From positions 1 to 64,000 of the IMG/VR virus record IMGVR_UViG_3300011271_000004: DNA of 64,000 nucleotides; one strand, 5' to 3'. The DNA comes from a virus. Positions 34,806-43,061 of the stretch are shown piece after piece; the stretch's first letter is position 1, and each line of letters begins with the position of its first letter. The translations under genes were made by a program, and so were the position numbers. A model generated the notes under the pieces. That model made no database searches, was not told where the DNA came from, and saw nothing but the letters and a program-made list of their open reading frames with translations.

Positions 34806-35033
34806 CTAGTCGGCCAGCAGCCACGGCGGCAGCCCATGAGCCAGGCGCGCGGCTGGGGTCTGCTCGACCGCGAGGGCCAGGCCATCGCAGCGGTCCGCTG
34901 CGGCGCGCAGCCTGGCCCGGTAGTCGGCGTGCTGCGGGCCAGCGTTGGCGTGCGACTTGGCCAGGCGGCGGCTGGCGGCGGCCTGATTGACCAGGGCGGC
35001 GTAGACGGTTTCCTTGATCACGGCAGGGGTCAC
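34806..35033 (-). CDS. hypothetical protein
   Basis: GTG at 35033 follows GGAGAGGAGCGCAC. 75 aa. Confidence 0.5.
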   Translation of the reverse strand: MTPAVIKETVYAALVNQAAASRRLAKSHANAGPQHADYRARLRAAADRCDGLALAVEQTPAARLAHGLPPWLLAD

Positions 35034-35113
35034 GTGCGCTCCTCTCCAAGGGCCAGGCGGGCTGCCTGCCCGGTTGGGTGCGCGGCCGGTGGTGGCCCGT
35101 GCACCCTCGGGGC

Positions 35114-35386
35114 CTACAGGGCCTCCAACTCCTCCGGGTCGAAACCCACCGGCTCGGGCTGGGCGTAGGTGCGGCCTGCGGCCAGGTCTTCGGCGTGGTC
35201 AGCGGCCTGCGCGTCCATGTACACCCATACCGTGCCGGTGAAGTCGGGGGCACCGGGCTGGGCCATCATGGCCACCAGCGCGGGGGTTGCCGCCACGACG
35301 GTGCCATACTCGCCGTCCAAGATGCCGTACCTGGTGTCCGTCACGCGCACCCGGGTGCCGGGCTCGTGGCTGCTGTGCTCGCTCAT
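35114..35386 (-). CDS. hypothetical acidic protein
   Basis: ATG at 35386 follows TTGGAGAGGAGCGCCCA. 90 aa. Confidence 0.55.
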   Translation of the reverse strand: MSEHSSHEPGTRVRVTDTRYGILDGEYGTVVAATPALVAMMAQPGAPDFTGTVWVYMDAQAADHAEDLAAGRTYAQPEPVGFDPEELEAL

Positions 35387-35462
35387 TGGGCGCTCCTCTC
35401 CAAGGCCCGACAGTACACCAGTGTGCGGGGCGCGGGAAGGGGTTTGCCCAACCTGCGCCCCG
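35387..35462 (-). promoter_or_regulatory. promoter/operator cassette P6
   Basis: Minus-strand read: TTCCCG-N17-TACTGT, with dyad CGCACAC-TG-GTGTACT (35412-27). Confidence 0.5.
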
Positions 35463-35510
35463 CGCCCTTGGCCGCTGCACGCCCGGAAGGGGCCGGGCCT
35501 GCACCCTTCC

Positions 35511-35714
35511 CTATCCAGGTTCGGCGGCGTTGGTGCGAGCCTCGCCGGTGGCCGCACCTTCCGGTCGGCCGTATGCCAGGAAGTCACAGTGGTTCTCAGC
35601 GGCGGTGATAAGTAGCTGGCGCATGGTGGTGTCCCGCTCGGCGGCGTACATGCGCAGCTTGCGCCGCAGGTCGCTGGGGAACTTCTCAACGGTCAATGCC
35701 CGATCAGTGGCCAT
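35511..35714 (-). CDS. ribbon-helix-helix (CopG/Arc-like) DNA-binding protein
   Basis: RALTVEKFPSDLRRKLRMYAAERDTTMRQLLITAAENH fits a beta-strand/helix/helix layout. ATG follows GGAGAGGAGCACACTGCCG. Confidence 0.55.
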   Translation of the reverse strand: MATDRALTVEKFPSDLRRKLRMYAAERDTTMRQLLITAAENHCDFLAYGRPEGAATGEARTNAAEPG

Positions 35715-36081
35715 CGGCAGTGTGCTCCTCTCCGTAGGTGGCCTGGTGCAGCACCGACCCCGGCCACGCCTTGAATCCGTACTCGTCATCAAGCAGGTAG
35801 AACCCCTGCCCGTAGGGGCCGGCCTCGTACCACACCCACACCTGCGCCGGCTCAGCAGTGTGCCGGCTGATCGTCCACCCGTTGGCGTTGGCGCGTGCCC
35901 AGTTGCCTTCGATCCATCCGTGGCCCCCGGTGGTGCCCGAGCCGCACACACTGATGCGGTTAGAGGGCCGGTCGTCGCGGTGGCGGTGGTTGCGGTGGTG
36001 CACGGTTTGCGCGCGGTCGCCGTGCACCACGCACCGGCCGCCGTCCCGGGCGTGGATGGGGTTTCCGTCATCGCCGGTCAC
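35704..36081 (-). CDS. HNH endonuclease
   Basis: CVVHG...HHRNHR...NRISVCGSG..GCH-like pattern. GTGA overlap with the upstream gene. Confidence 0.65.
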   Translation of the reverse strand: MTGDDGNPIHARDGGRCVVHGDRAQTVHHRNHRHRDDRPSNRISVCGSGTTGGHGWIEGNWARANANGWTISRHTAEPAQVWVWYEAGPYGQGFYLLDDEYGFKAWPGSVLHQATYGEEHTADGH

Positions 36082-36275
36082 CGGTAAACCCTCCGGTCAC
36101 CGGTAGCGGTCTCGCCGGACGGCCGGTCGGTGATAACCACCATGCGCCGCCGCTTGTGGTGGCGGGTCAGGTACTCGCGGACCACCACCAAGGCGGCGCA
36201 TGCGTGTGGCAGGTATTCCCCGCACGCCGCGCACGTCCGGGTCGGGCGCGCTGCCCAGGTGGCGGCCTTAGCCAT
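36078..36275 (-). CDS. small zinc-ribbon-like protein
   Basis: ATG at 36275. CAACGEY..C motif. 65 aa. Confidence 0.4.
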   Translation of the reverse strand: MAKAATWAARPTRTCAACGEYLPHACAALVVVREYLTRHHKRRRMVVITDRPSGETATGDRRVYR

Positions 36276-36630
36276 GGCCGGTGACCGGCACCGGGGTGAA
36301 GCCGGCCGGGTAGCAGGCCCGGCTGACCCGGTGCTTGTGGCCCTGGCCGCTGGGGCACACAACACCAGCCGTACACCAGGCGTCGGTAGCGGCCTGTTGC
36401 GCCCCGGCGCTGGTGATGGCCGCCCAAATGGCCTGCTCGTCCACGTCCGCCTGGTCGGCATGGACGGAGCCCAGGTGCACGACGTGGCCGAGCATGGCCC
36501 ACTTGTGCAGGTGGTATTGCAGCGTCCTGGAGGGGAAGTCCTCATCCGTGTCAAACATCACCGGGGTGGGGCTTGGCGTGGTCACCACGCGCCCAGCCAT
36601 GGGGCCATCCACCATCAGCCAGCCGTTCAC
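36268..36630 (-). CDS. hypothetical protein
   Basis: GTG at 36630 overlaps the upstream stop. 120 aa. Confidence 0.5.
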   Translation of the reverse strand: MNGWLMVDGPMAGRVVTTPSPTPVMFDTDEDFPSRTLQYHLHKWAMLGHVVHLGSVHADQADVDEQAIWAAITSAGAQQAATDAWCTAGVVCPSGQGHKHRVSRACYPAGFTPVPVTGHG

Positions 36631-37925
36631 TGGGGCTCACCACCCGCCGGGGGGGCCTGCGCGGCGGCGATGATGGCCTCAGCCGCACCGGCCAGGGCGG
36701 CCAGCCGCTCGTGCGGGTCCTGCTTGGCGGCATCGGCCAGAATGGCATCCAACCGCCCGGCCACCCGCTCGGCCTGCTCGGCGTCCAAGGCGGTGGCGTT
36801 GGCCACCAGGCCCAGCGGGTCCGTGTCGGCGTGGCGCAGCAGCATGGACACCACCAGGCGGCGTGCCTCCATATCCGCCTTGGCCTTGCCACCGTAACCG
36901 GCCTGCCGGAACGCGGCCTGGATGGAGCGCAGCGCGTTGGCACGGCGCACGTCCTCAGGATCCGCGCCGACACCCTGGCCGCCCTGCGCCTGCTGGCCGC
37001 CGGGCGTGCCCTGCGCCGCGTCCCGCTCGGCCTGCGCCAGTGTGGCCGCCGCGCTGGTGCCCGCACCGCCGCCATCGGGGAACGCTTCCTCGCGGGTGGT
37101 CTCCCCGCGCTGGATCGAGCGGTATGCCACCGTCAAGCCGGCCAGGTCCACCGTGCCCCACGTGGCGAACGGCAGGCCCACCCGGGCCTCCAGCATCTGC
37201 TGGGTGACGCCAACGGCGGCGAACTTGGCCACCGCGTCCTTGCGCCGCGCCGGCAGCGTGTCCGGGTCACCAGCCAGCGTCTTGTAGCACAGGGCCTTGG
37301 CCATTTCCACGAACCAGGCGGGCAGGATCCGCTCGATCATGGCCCGCTCGCGGCGGCTGGCCAGGTTGGCATTGTTCTCGTAGATGTCCCGGTCGCTGTC
37401 CAGGTCGGCCTGGCCGCCCTTGCGTTCGCTGCGGTCACGCACGTGGCGCACCAGGAACGTGGTGGACATGCGGGTGTTGGTTTCCATGTCCCACGCCCAT
37501 GACTGCATTTCGCTGCTGCCCGGCTCGGTGGCGCTGGGCGCGTGGCGCTGTAGCTCGATGATCCCTGATTGGGCGTTGCCCCAGCAGCGCAGCAGTTCAC
37601 GGGCCAGTTGCACGGTGATGCCGGTGACCCGCTGGTTGCCCCGGGGGAACTCGTAGAACGCCTGGTCGGCCATGAACGGCTGCTCGCAGGAGCGGCGCAT
37701 TTCCTGCTGGGCGGCCACCTGGTTGCGGCGGTGCGCCTTGGCGGTGACCACCATCGCCTGCACCTCTGCGATGGCGGCGGCCATCTGCACCCGGGTGGCC
37801 TGGGTGTAACCATCCGGCGGCCCCATGATCGGGGCCATGGCCACCTGCTGCGGCCTGCCGTTGGGCTCCTCGTGCCCGGCCACCTCAGCCGGGTGCGGTG
37901 CCTGGTCTGCCTGGTCTGCTGACAT
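36627..37925 (-). CDS. putative single-strand annealing / recombination partner protein (family not recognised)
   Basis: 432 aa immediately downstream of the PD-(D/E)XK exonuclease. The conserved-looking core is FYEFPRGNQRVTGITVQLARELLRCWGN...AWDMETN. It does not look like canonical RecT to me. Confidence 0.45.
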   Translation of the reverse strand: MSADQADQAPHPAEVAGHEEPNGRPQQVAMAPIMGPPDGYTQATRVQMAAAIAEVQAMVVTAKAHRRNQVAAQQEMRRSCEQPFMADQAFYEFPRGNQRVTGITVQLARELLRCWGNAQSGIIELQRHAPSATEPGSSEMQSWAWDMETNTRMSTTFLVRHVRDRSERKGGQADLDSDRDIYENNANLASRRERAMIERILPAWFVEMAKALCYKTLAGDPDTLPARRKDAVAKFAAVGVTQQMLEARVGLPFATWGTVDLAGLTVAYRSIQRGETTREEAFPDGGGAGTSAAATLAQAERDAAQGTPGGQQAQGGQGVGADPEDVRRANALRSIQAAFRQAGYGGKAKADMEARRLVVSMLLRHADTDPLGLVANATALDAEQAERVAGRLDAILADAAKQDPHERLAALAGAAEAIIAAAQAPPAGGEPQ

Positions 37926-37939
37926 GTGGTGCTCCTCTC

Positions 37940-38773
37940 CTACCTGGCCCACCGGGGCCAATCCAGCGTGGTTATGGCCTGGCCGGGCTGGTACCCCGGC
38001 CACTCACCAGCCTCAACGCACCGCGCATATTCGCGCCGCGCGCGGGCTATGTCCGCCTGGGCGGCCTCAATGGCCTCCCACGGCAGTTCGTAGATGCCCA
38101 CCAGGTACGGGGGCTCTTTCTCCTGGGCGACGAACAAGAACCGTGGGTCCGCATCGCCCAGGGTGTGGGTGACACCCTGGGCGTACCACACGCCTTGCCA
38201 GTGGTAGCGGTAGTTGGCCGCAGCCTTGGCGAACCCCTCCGGGTCGGCGTGCGCCGCCGACTTGAAATCGGTGATCACCACCCGCCCGGCCAGCTTCACC
38301 GCATCGAACCGGGCGCGCAGCATGATGCCGGTGTCCGGGTCCTCCCAGAAGAAACTGTGCTCGGCCAGCACGTCCTCAGCCGACAGCAGCAACGCGGCGG
38401 TGGGGTGGGTGCGGATAGCTGCGGCCATGGCCACAATCCGCTCCCGCTGCTCAGGCTTGATCGGCACCTTGCCGACGTCGCGCTGCTCGGCGGCCCACTC
38501 CTGGGCGGCCTTGGTCTTGTAATCGGCCCACGGGGACACCACGTAGGGCCAGCCTGCGCCAAGCACCTCACGGTGCGCGGCGGTGCCGAACTCCATTGCG
38601 CTGGTAGGCGGCCGGGGTGTTTTGCGTGACCACTGATACAGCGCCGGGCAGCCCGGTGGCAGCAGCAGCTTGGCCCCCGAGCACGACAGGGAGCCCCCGG
38701 GCCACGGGTCGGCGTGGTAGTCGGCCTCAGCCAGGTCCGGGTACACCCCTGGCTTACTCAGGATCGCTGGCAT
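37940..38773 (-). CDS. PD-(D/E)XK exonuclease (RecE/Cas4/YqaJ-like)
   Basis: Motifs ARFDAV...VITDFKS (D...D.K) and HWQGVWY (Q...Y). 277 aa. Confidence 0.7.
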   Translation of the reverse strand: MPAILSKPGVYPDLAEADYHADPWPGGSLSCSGAKLLLPPGCPALYQWSRKTPRPPTSAMEFGTAAHREVLGAGWPYVVSPWADYKTKAAQEWAAEQRDVGKVPIKPEQRERIVAMAAAIRTHPTAALLLSAEDVLAEHSFFWEDPDTGIMLRARFDAVKLAGRVVITDFKSAAHADPEGFAKAAANYRYHWQGVWYAQGVTHTLGDADPRFLFVAQEKEPPYLVGIYELPWEAIEAAQADIARARREYARCVEAGEWPGYQPGQAITTLDWPRWAR

Positions 38774-39122
38774 GGCCGCCTTCTGGTGTGCCGCTGGTGA
38801 GCGTGTGGGCGACCACGGACAGGCCGCCTGGGCCGCTGGGGTATGTCACGGTACCGGCCCCCAGCGGGCCAACAATGTAATCGACTGGCTTCTTGGCCGA
38901 CTGGGCGCGGCGCACCGCCACGGTGTGCTGGTCACCATTCACACTGGGCACCGCCACGGTGCGGGGCCACCGCCACTGGTTGCGGATCAGCAGGTACACC
39001 GGGTCACGCGGTGACGGCCACGCGGGTAGCACATTGCCATGCGGGCAGGCGGGCACCAGCAGCGACGCCAGGCCCTGGCCGCGTAGCTCCAGCGCGGTGT
39101 GCAGCTTCAGCGGCTCAGGCAT
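38754..39122 (-). CDS. hypothetical protein
   Basis: ATG at 39122. 122 aa. Overlaps both neighbouring genes. Confidence 0.45.
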   Translation of the reverse strand: MPEPLKLHTALELRGQGLASLLVPACPHGNVLPAWPSPRDPVYLLIRNQWRWPRTVAVPSVNGDQHTVAVRRAQSAKKPVDYIVGPLGAGTVTYPSGPGGLSVVAHTLTSGTPEGGHASDPE

Positions 39123-39321
39123 CGGGGGCCGCCTCCGCGCCGAACCAGGCAGGCAGTACCACCAGCCGGCCCGCGCGGGACTCCAGCACCACCACCGGGC
39201 CGCTGTGGTAGCCCACCAGGTGGCCGGTCCAGGTGAACCCGGTGGGGCTGGTCACCCGCACCCGCTGCCCCCACAGCGCGTCCACGACGGTTGGCACCGC
39301 CTGGGGGTCGTGGTCAGGCAT
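39115..39321 (-). CDS. small beta-rich protein
   Basis: ATG at 39321. 68 aa. Confidence 0.45.
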   Translation of the reverse strand: MPDHDPQAVPTVVDALWGQRVRVTSPTGFTWTGHLVGYHSGPVVVLESRAGRLVVLPAWFGAEAAPDA

Positions 39322-39883
39322 TGCTGCCCACCTCCCGCAGGCACATGTTGCACACTGGCAGCCGCGCGGCCACCGCCTGCTGCTTCTCACCGGCCCAGCC
39401 CAGCCACCCATCCTCGGGGGGCTCGGCCCCGCACTGGGCGTTGGCACCAGCCAGCCGCAGCGCCAGGTGGCCCATGCGCGCCCCGGGCTGGTACACCCGG
39501 GTGATGTCGGGCAGCGGCGGCCCCTGGTGCATGGGGTTGTCGTTGGTGCAGTACCCGACGACGTGGGCCAGAGCGTGCAGCCGGGCCGGGGTGTCGTGCT
39601 GGCATTGGCGGGCGGCCACCCGCTGCCAGGAGCAGCCGCAGCCGAACACCACAGTGCACCGCCGGCAGCCCTGGCCGCGCATGAAGGCATGCGTGGCGTC
39701 GTCCACCGGCAGGTACTGCACCGCCCAGCCCTTCACGCCCAACCACGAGTACAGGGTGTGCAGTTGGGTCACCGTGGCCTCCAGGGTGCCCCGGTTGGCC
39801 AGGCTGCCCACATGCCCGTCGTCGTGGACCATGGACAGCACAATCTCCCGGCCCAGCGCGTCGCGGCGCATCGTGCCGGCCAT
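39314..39883 (-). CDS. Cys-rich hypothetical protein
   Basis: ATG at 39883 forms an ATGA overlap with the upstream stop. It has several CxxC-like clusters (CRRCTVVFGCGCS, CNMC). Confidence 0.5.
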   Translation of the reverse strand: MAGTMRRDALGREIVLSMVHDDGHVGSLANRGTLEATVTQLHTLYSWLGVKGWAVQYLPVDDATHAFMRGQGCRRCTVVFGCGCSWQRVAARQCQHDTPARLHALAHVVGYCTNDNPMHQGPPLPDITRVYQPGARMGHLALRLAGANAQCGAEPPEDGWLGWAGEKQQAVAARLPVCNMCLREVGSNA

Positions 39884-40311
39884 CACAACTCCTCCACCCG
39901 GTAGGGCCGACCGCTGGCACCGTAGGCCACCCAGTAGCCGCCGCTGGTGCGCTTGGCGTCCTCGGGCACTTCCATCAGCGTGTCGGGACAGTGGGCTGTG
40001 CGGCGCGGCTGCGGCGCTGGCATGGGGGCTGGCGGCGGCGGGGACGCCATGCTGGGCAGCGCGCGCACGGTGCGGCGGCGGCTGGGCTGGTAGTAGAACG
40101 TGCCAGCGCGCTGGTGGCCGGTGCGGGTTAGCTCGGTGCCATAACGGGCCATGCGGCCCAAGATCGTGGACACCAGGCCCACCGGCAGCCCGGTGGCCTC
40201 GGCCACCTCGGGCACGGTCACCGCACCTGGGCCGGTAGCGGCCAGGTGGTTTTCTATAACCGGCTGGGCGTTCTTGTTCGGTCCTCGCCCCGGTTCGGGC
40301 ACACTGTTCAT
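39883..40311 (-). CDS. winged-HTH DNA-binding protein
   Basis: ATG at 40311 follows GTGGAGAGGAGCAGCGC. VTVPEVAEATGLPVGLVSTILGRMARYG resembles a MarR/wHTH recognition region. Confidence 0.55.
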   Translation of the reverse strand: MNSVPEPGRGPNKNAQPVIENHLAATGPGAVTVPEVAEATGLPVGLVSTILGRMARYGTELTRTGHQRAGTFYYQPSRRRTVRALPSMASPPPPAPMPAPQPRRTAHCPDTLMEVPEDAKRTSGGYWVAYGASGRPYRVEEL

Positions 40312-40539
40312 GCGCTGCTCCTCTCCACAAGGCGGCCACCGGGGGTACCCCCGGGGCCTGCGGTGTCGAGTATGGCATGGGCTACCCACATTCTCAGCCA
40401 GCCGTACGACAGAACCCCAGGTCGCACCGCCCGCCACGGCGGCAGGTACCTTGTAAGAGTCAGCGCAGCGAAGGTTGAGGGCGGCGAGCCCTCCCGCCCC
40501 AGTTGCAACGCTCCTCTCCAAGAAGCGACTGACGCCCCC

Positions 40540-40566
40540 GAGCCCCGGTCTCATACACCGGGGCTC
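40540..40566. other. 10-bp perfect-stem hairpin in the divergent region
   Basis: GAGCCCCGGT-ctcatac-ACCGGGGCTC. Confidence 0.5.
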
Positions 40567-40604
40567 CTGGGTTTACAGGGTGCTGTGTGGTGCACCCTTG
40601 GGGC

Positions 40605-41351
40605 ATGAGAACACTACGCACCGCCGCCGCGCTGCTCGCTGTTGCACTGCTCGCCGCCTGCGCCACCACCACCGCCACGGCCCCACGTGGTGATCATGGC
40701 AACGTGGAGGCCACCGCCCCCGGCCCGGCTACCGCACCACACTGCGGCGTCGAACGGTGGGCGGTGAAAACGGGCACCGACCCCGGCGCGGCCAGTGTTG
40801 ACCTGGCGCACGTGGTGCCAACGACGGTCACCACCCTGGCTGGCTTGCCGGTGCCGCCGGGCATCGACCAGAACCCCGACCAGCGGGCCGCCCCGGCCGA
40901 AACCACCGTGTACCAGGTGCACGCGATCTTGGTCGAGTACAAGCAGGAAGGCGACAATGACTGGCACCTGGTGATCCGCGACGATCAGGGCAGCACAATG
41001 ATTGCCGAGATCCCCGCGCCGGCGTGCGTTGGCCCCGGGTCGCCGTTCGCCACGCTGATCGCCCAGGCGCGGGCCGCGTTCGCCGCGCAGTACGCGCCGG
41101 GGGATTACTGGCAGCCCGCCGGGGTGCCGGTGGTCCTCACTGGGGTGGGGTTCTTCGACCGGCTGCACGGCCAAACCGGTGTCGCGCCGAACGGCATCGA
41201 GTTGCACCCGGTGCTGGGCGTTGTCCTCGGCGGTGGCCCGCAGCCCACCGCGTCACCCAGCCCAGCGCCGACCGGCCCGCAGCCCAGCCCGTCACCATCG
41301 GGATGCCGCCGGCACCTCCGGGGCTCGTGCAAGCCCACCGGCATCCCCTAG
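40605..41351 (+). CDS. secreted lipoprotein (moron candidate), plus strand inside the minus-strand arm
   Basis: MRTLRTAAALLAVALLAAC is a lipobox (LAAC). Conserved-looking blocks are ERWAVKTGTD, DNDWHLVIRD, TGVGFFDRLHGQTGVAPNGIELHPV. The ORF-track start at 40587 is less likely. Confidence 0.65.
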   Translation: MRTLRTAAALLAVALLAACATTTATAPRGDHGNVEATAPGPATAPHCGVERWAVKTGTDPGAASVDLAHVVPTTVTTLAGLPVPPGIDQNPDQRAAPAETTVYQVHAILVEYKQEGDNDWHLVIRDDQGSTMIAEIPAPACVGPGSPFATLIAQARAAFAAQYAPGDYWQPAGVPVVLTGVGFFDRLHGQTGVAPNGIELHPVLGVVLGGGPQPTASPSPAPTGPQPSPSPSGCRRHLRGSCKPTGIP

Positions 41352-41361
41352 ACGAGGGGAA

Positions 41362-41396
41362 GCCCCCGGGGCCACCTAGCTGGTGGCCCCGGGGGC
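41362..41396. terminator. bidirectional 15-bp perfect-stem hairpin
   Basis: GCCCCCGGGGCCACC-tagct-GGTGGCCCCGGGGGC lies between the convergent lipoprotein gene and the minus-strand operon. Confidence 0.65.
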
Positions 41397-41503
41397 CAGG
41401 CCGCCCGGGAGCGGTTGTTTACCGGGTGGCCTTCGGCGGGGTGGAGGCCCCCGATGAGGGGGGGTAGGCGGCCCGATCAATGCCGCCCTGGCCCCGCCGC
41501 CGT

Positions 41504-41797
41504 TTAGGGCACTGCCTCGTCGTAGCGGACGGTGGCCCACACGGTCAGGCAGTTGGCGCAGTGCAGGCACACCTCCGCCTGCTGGCCACGCAGCCCCGGC
41601 TCGGCGTAGGGGCCGCGCAGCCCCGGCACCGGGCGGGCGCAGCACCTGGGCAGCCGCAGCACCTGCCCGCTGTCCAGGGTCAGCCGGGTAGTGGGCCAAT
41701 GCTCGTGGCCTTCGGGGCGGTCCAAGCTGGTGGCCCCCGCACGTACCCACACGGGGGCCATGCCGTCTCCTACCCGCTCGGGATCGGGGCTAGCCAT
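41504..41797 (-). CDS. small Cys-containing protein
   Basis: ATG at 41797 overlaps the upstream stop. CC...CLHCANC motif. Confidence 0.45.
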   Translation of the reverse strand: MASPDPERVGDGMAPVWVRAGATSLDRPEGHEHWPTTRLTLDSGQVLRLPRCCARPVPGLRGPYAEPGLRGQQAEVCLHCANCLTVWATVRYDEAVP

Positions 41798-42287
41798 CGG
41801 CCAGCAGGCCCAGCCGGGTGGCTGCCGCCCGCTCGGCGGGGGTCAGGGTGATCTGGTCGGTAACCCGGGGAAGTACCAATCGCAGATCACCCACCAGGCC
41901 CGTCATGTCCACGGCTGCCTGGTCATCAGGTAGCGGGCCATCCACTACGCGGGCGGCTTCCTTTGGCAGGTCGCGCACCGCCTGGGCCAGCGCCAGCACG
42001 GCGTACGCGGTGGCCACCTGGGCCTGCACGGCGGGCACCTGCTGGGCGGGCACCACGCCAGGTATGTCCTGCTCGGCCCGTTCGGCCAAGGTGCCAGCCA
42101 TGGCCATCAGGCCCTCCGCCCCGTACCCGGCGGCCTTGCTCGGGTAAGTCTCGGTGGCCCCAAACTGCTCAGTCGGGATACCAGGGCACTCCCAGGTGTC
42201 GGGGCTACCGCCGCCCCAAGCGGGGCCACTGTCGCCCCATACATGCGGCGCGTGGGGGGCCTTGCTAGTGCAAGGTGCGTGCATCAT
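41790..42287 (-). CDS. hypothetical protein
   Basis: ATGATG at 42287 follows GGAGAGGAGCGA. 165 aa. Confidence 0.5.
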   Translation of the reverse strand: MMHAPCTSKAPHAPHVWGDSGPAWGGGSPDTWECPGIPTEQFGATETYPSKAAGYGAEGLMAMAGTLAERAEQDIPGVVPAQQVPAVQAQVATAYAVLALAQAVRDLPKEAARVVDGPLPDDQAAVDMTGLVGDLRLVLPRVTDQITLTPAERAAATRLGLLADG

Positions 42288-42466
42288 TCGCTCCTCTCCG
42301 TCACCCGCACGACGCGGGTAAGTTCATCCGGTACCGCCGACGCCTGGATGGGCACCCCGCCATCGGTGAAGTGCACCCAGGCCCGGCCGTTCTCCATGTG
42401 CACGATGATGCCAGGCCGCCAGTCCAGCACCACCCGCTGCGCCTGGCGCATGTCCTTGGCCCTCAC
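42284..42466 (-). CDS. hypothetical small protein
   Basis: ATG at 42466 overlaps the upstream stop. 60 aa. Confidence 0.45.
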   Translation of the reverse strand: MRAKDMRQAQRVVLDWRPGIIVHMENGRAWVHFTDGGVPIQASAVPDELTRVVRVTERSE

Positions 42467-42678
42467 CGGGCACCGGCCGCCAGCACCGGGGTGCCCTGAG
42501 CGTATGCCTCGGCACCGTCACCCAGCATGGCCACCAGCAGCAAGGCCACCAGCTTGGCGGTGCGGTCAGCCGCCGCGTCCCCCTCGTCCATCTGGGCGCA
42601 GATCGACGCCGCGAACGCCTCAACCCGGGCCACCCGCACGGGGTCGCCCGACTCGTAGTCCTCCTGGGGCGTGGGCAT
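42463..42678 (-). CDS. hypothetical acidic protein
   Basis: ATG at 42678 follows TTGGAGAGGAGCAACCAC. 71 aa. Confidence 0.5.
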   Translation of the reverse strand: MPTPQEDYESGDPVRVARVEAFAASICAQMDEGDAAADRTAKLVALLLVAMLGDGAEAYAQGTPVLAAGAR

Positions 42679-42710
42679 GTGGTTGCTCCTCTCCAAGGCT
42701 GGGGCTGATG

Positions 42711-43061
42711 CTACGCCTGGGCGGGGGCACCGGCCTGGCGGGCGGCCACACGGCTGCGCGCCGGGCTGGCCGGCCCCCACCGCTTGTTCACGGCCTGCTT
42801 GCTGGTGCCGGTACCAGAGGCCACCAGCGTGCCGCCCACCTGGTCCATCAGGGCCACAGCGGTGTCGTCCACCAGGTCCGCCAGCAGCGCCTGCACCTGG
42901 AGCAGCATGGCCAGGCCGTTCTCCGGGTCTTCCTCGGCGCAACGGCGGGCGGTGCTGCGGATCATGCGGCCCAGGAACTTGGCCTGCTCAGCCGGCTCGC
43001 GCTTGCGAAGCTGCGCGGCGGTCATTTCGGGCTTGGCCTGGGGGGTGCGGGTGGGGCTCAT
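42711..43061 (-). CDS. HTH DNA-binding protein, first gene of the leftward operon
   Basis: ATG at 43061 follows AGTGGAGAGGAGCACCCA. HTH-like segment LVASGTGTSKQAVNKRW. It is divergent from the replication genes. Confidence 0.55.
   Translation of the reverse strand: MSPTRTPQAKPEMTAAQLRKREPAEQAKFLGRMIRSTARRCAEEDPENGLAMLLQVQALLADLVDDTAVALMDQVGGTLVASGTGTSKQAVNKRWGPASPARSRVAARQAGAPAQA

Noticed and set aside
40380-40500. Possible tRNA-like or ncRNA fold in the divergent region (GAGGGC-ggcga-GCCCTC stem)
   Set aside because: The stem-loop sizes do not fit a T-arm or anticodon arm, and no acceptor stem could be paired. It is treated as part of the regulatory-region finding instead.
39883-40554. Long version (223 aa) of the wHTH ORF
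   Set aside because: The upstream 80 codons run through the intergenic control region and contain the GGAGAGGAGC leader itself (read as ..CGEEQR). The ATG at 40311 directly follows that motif.
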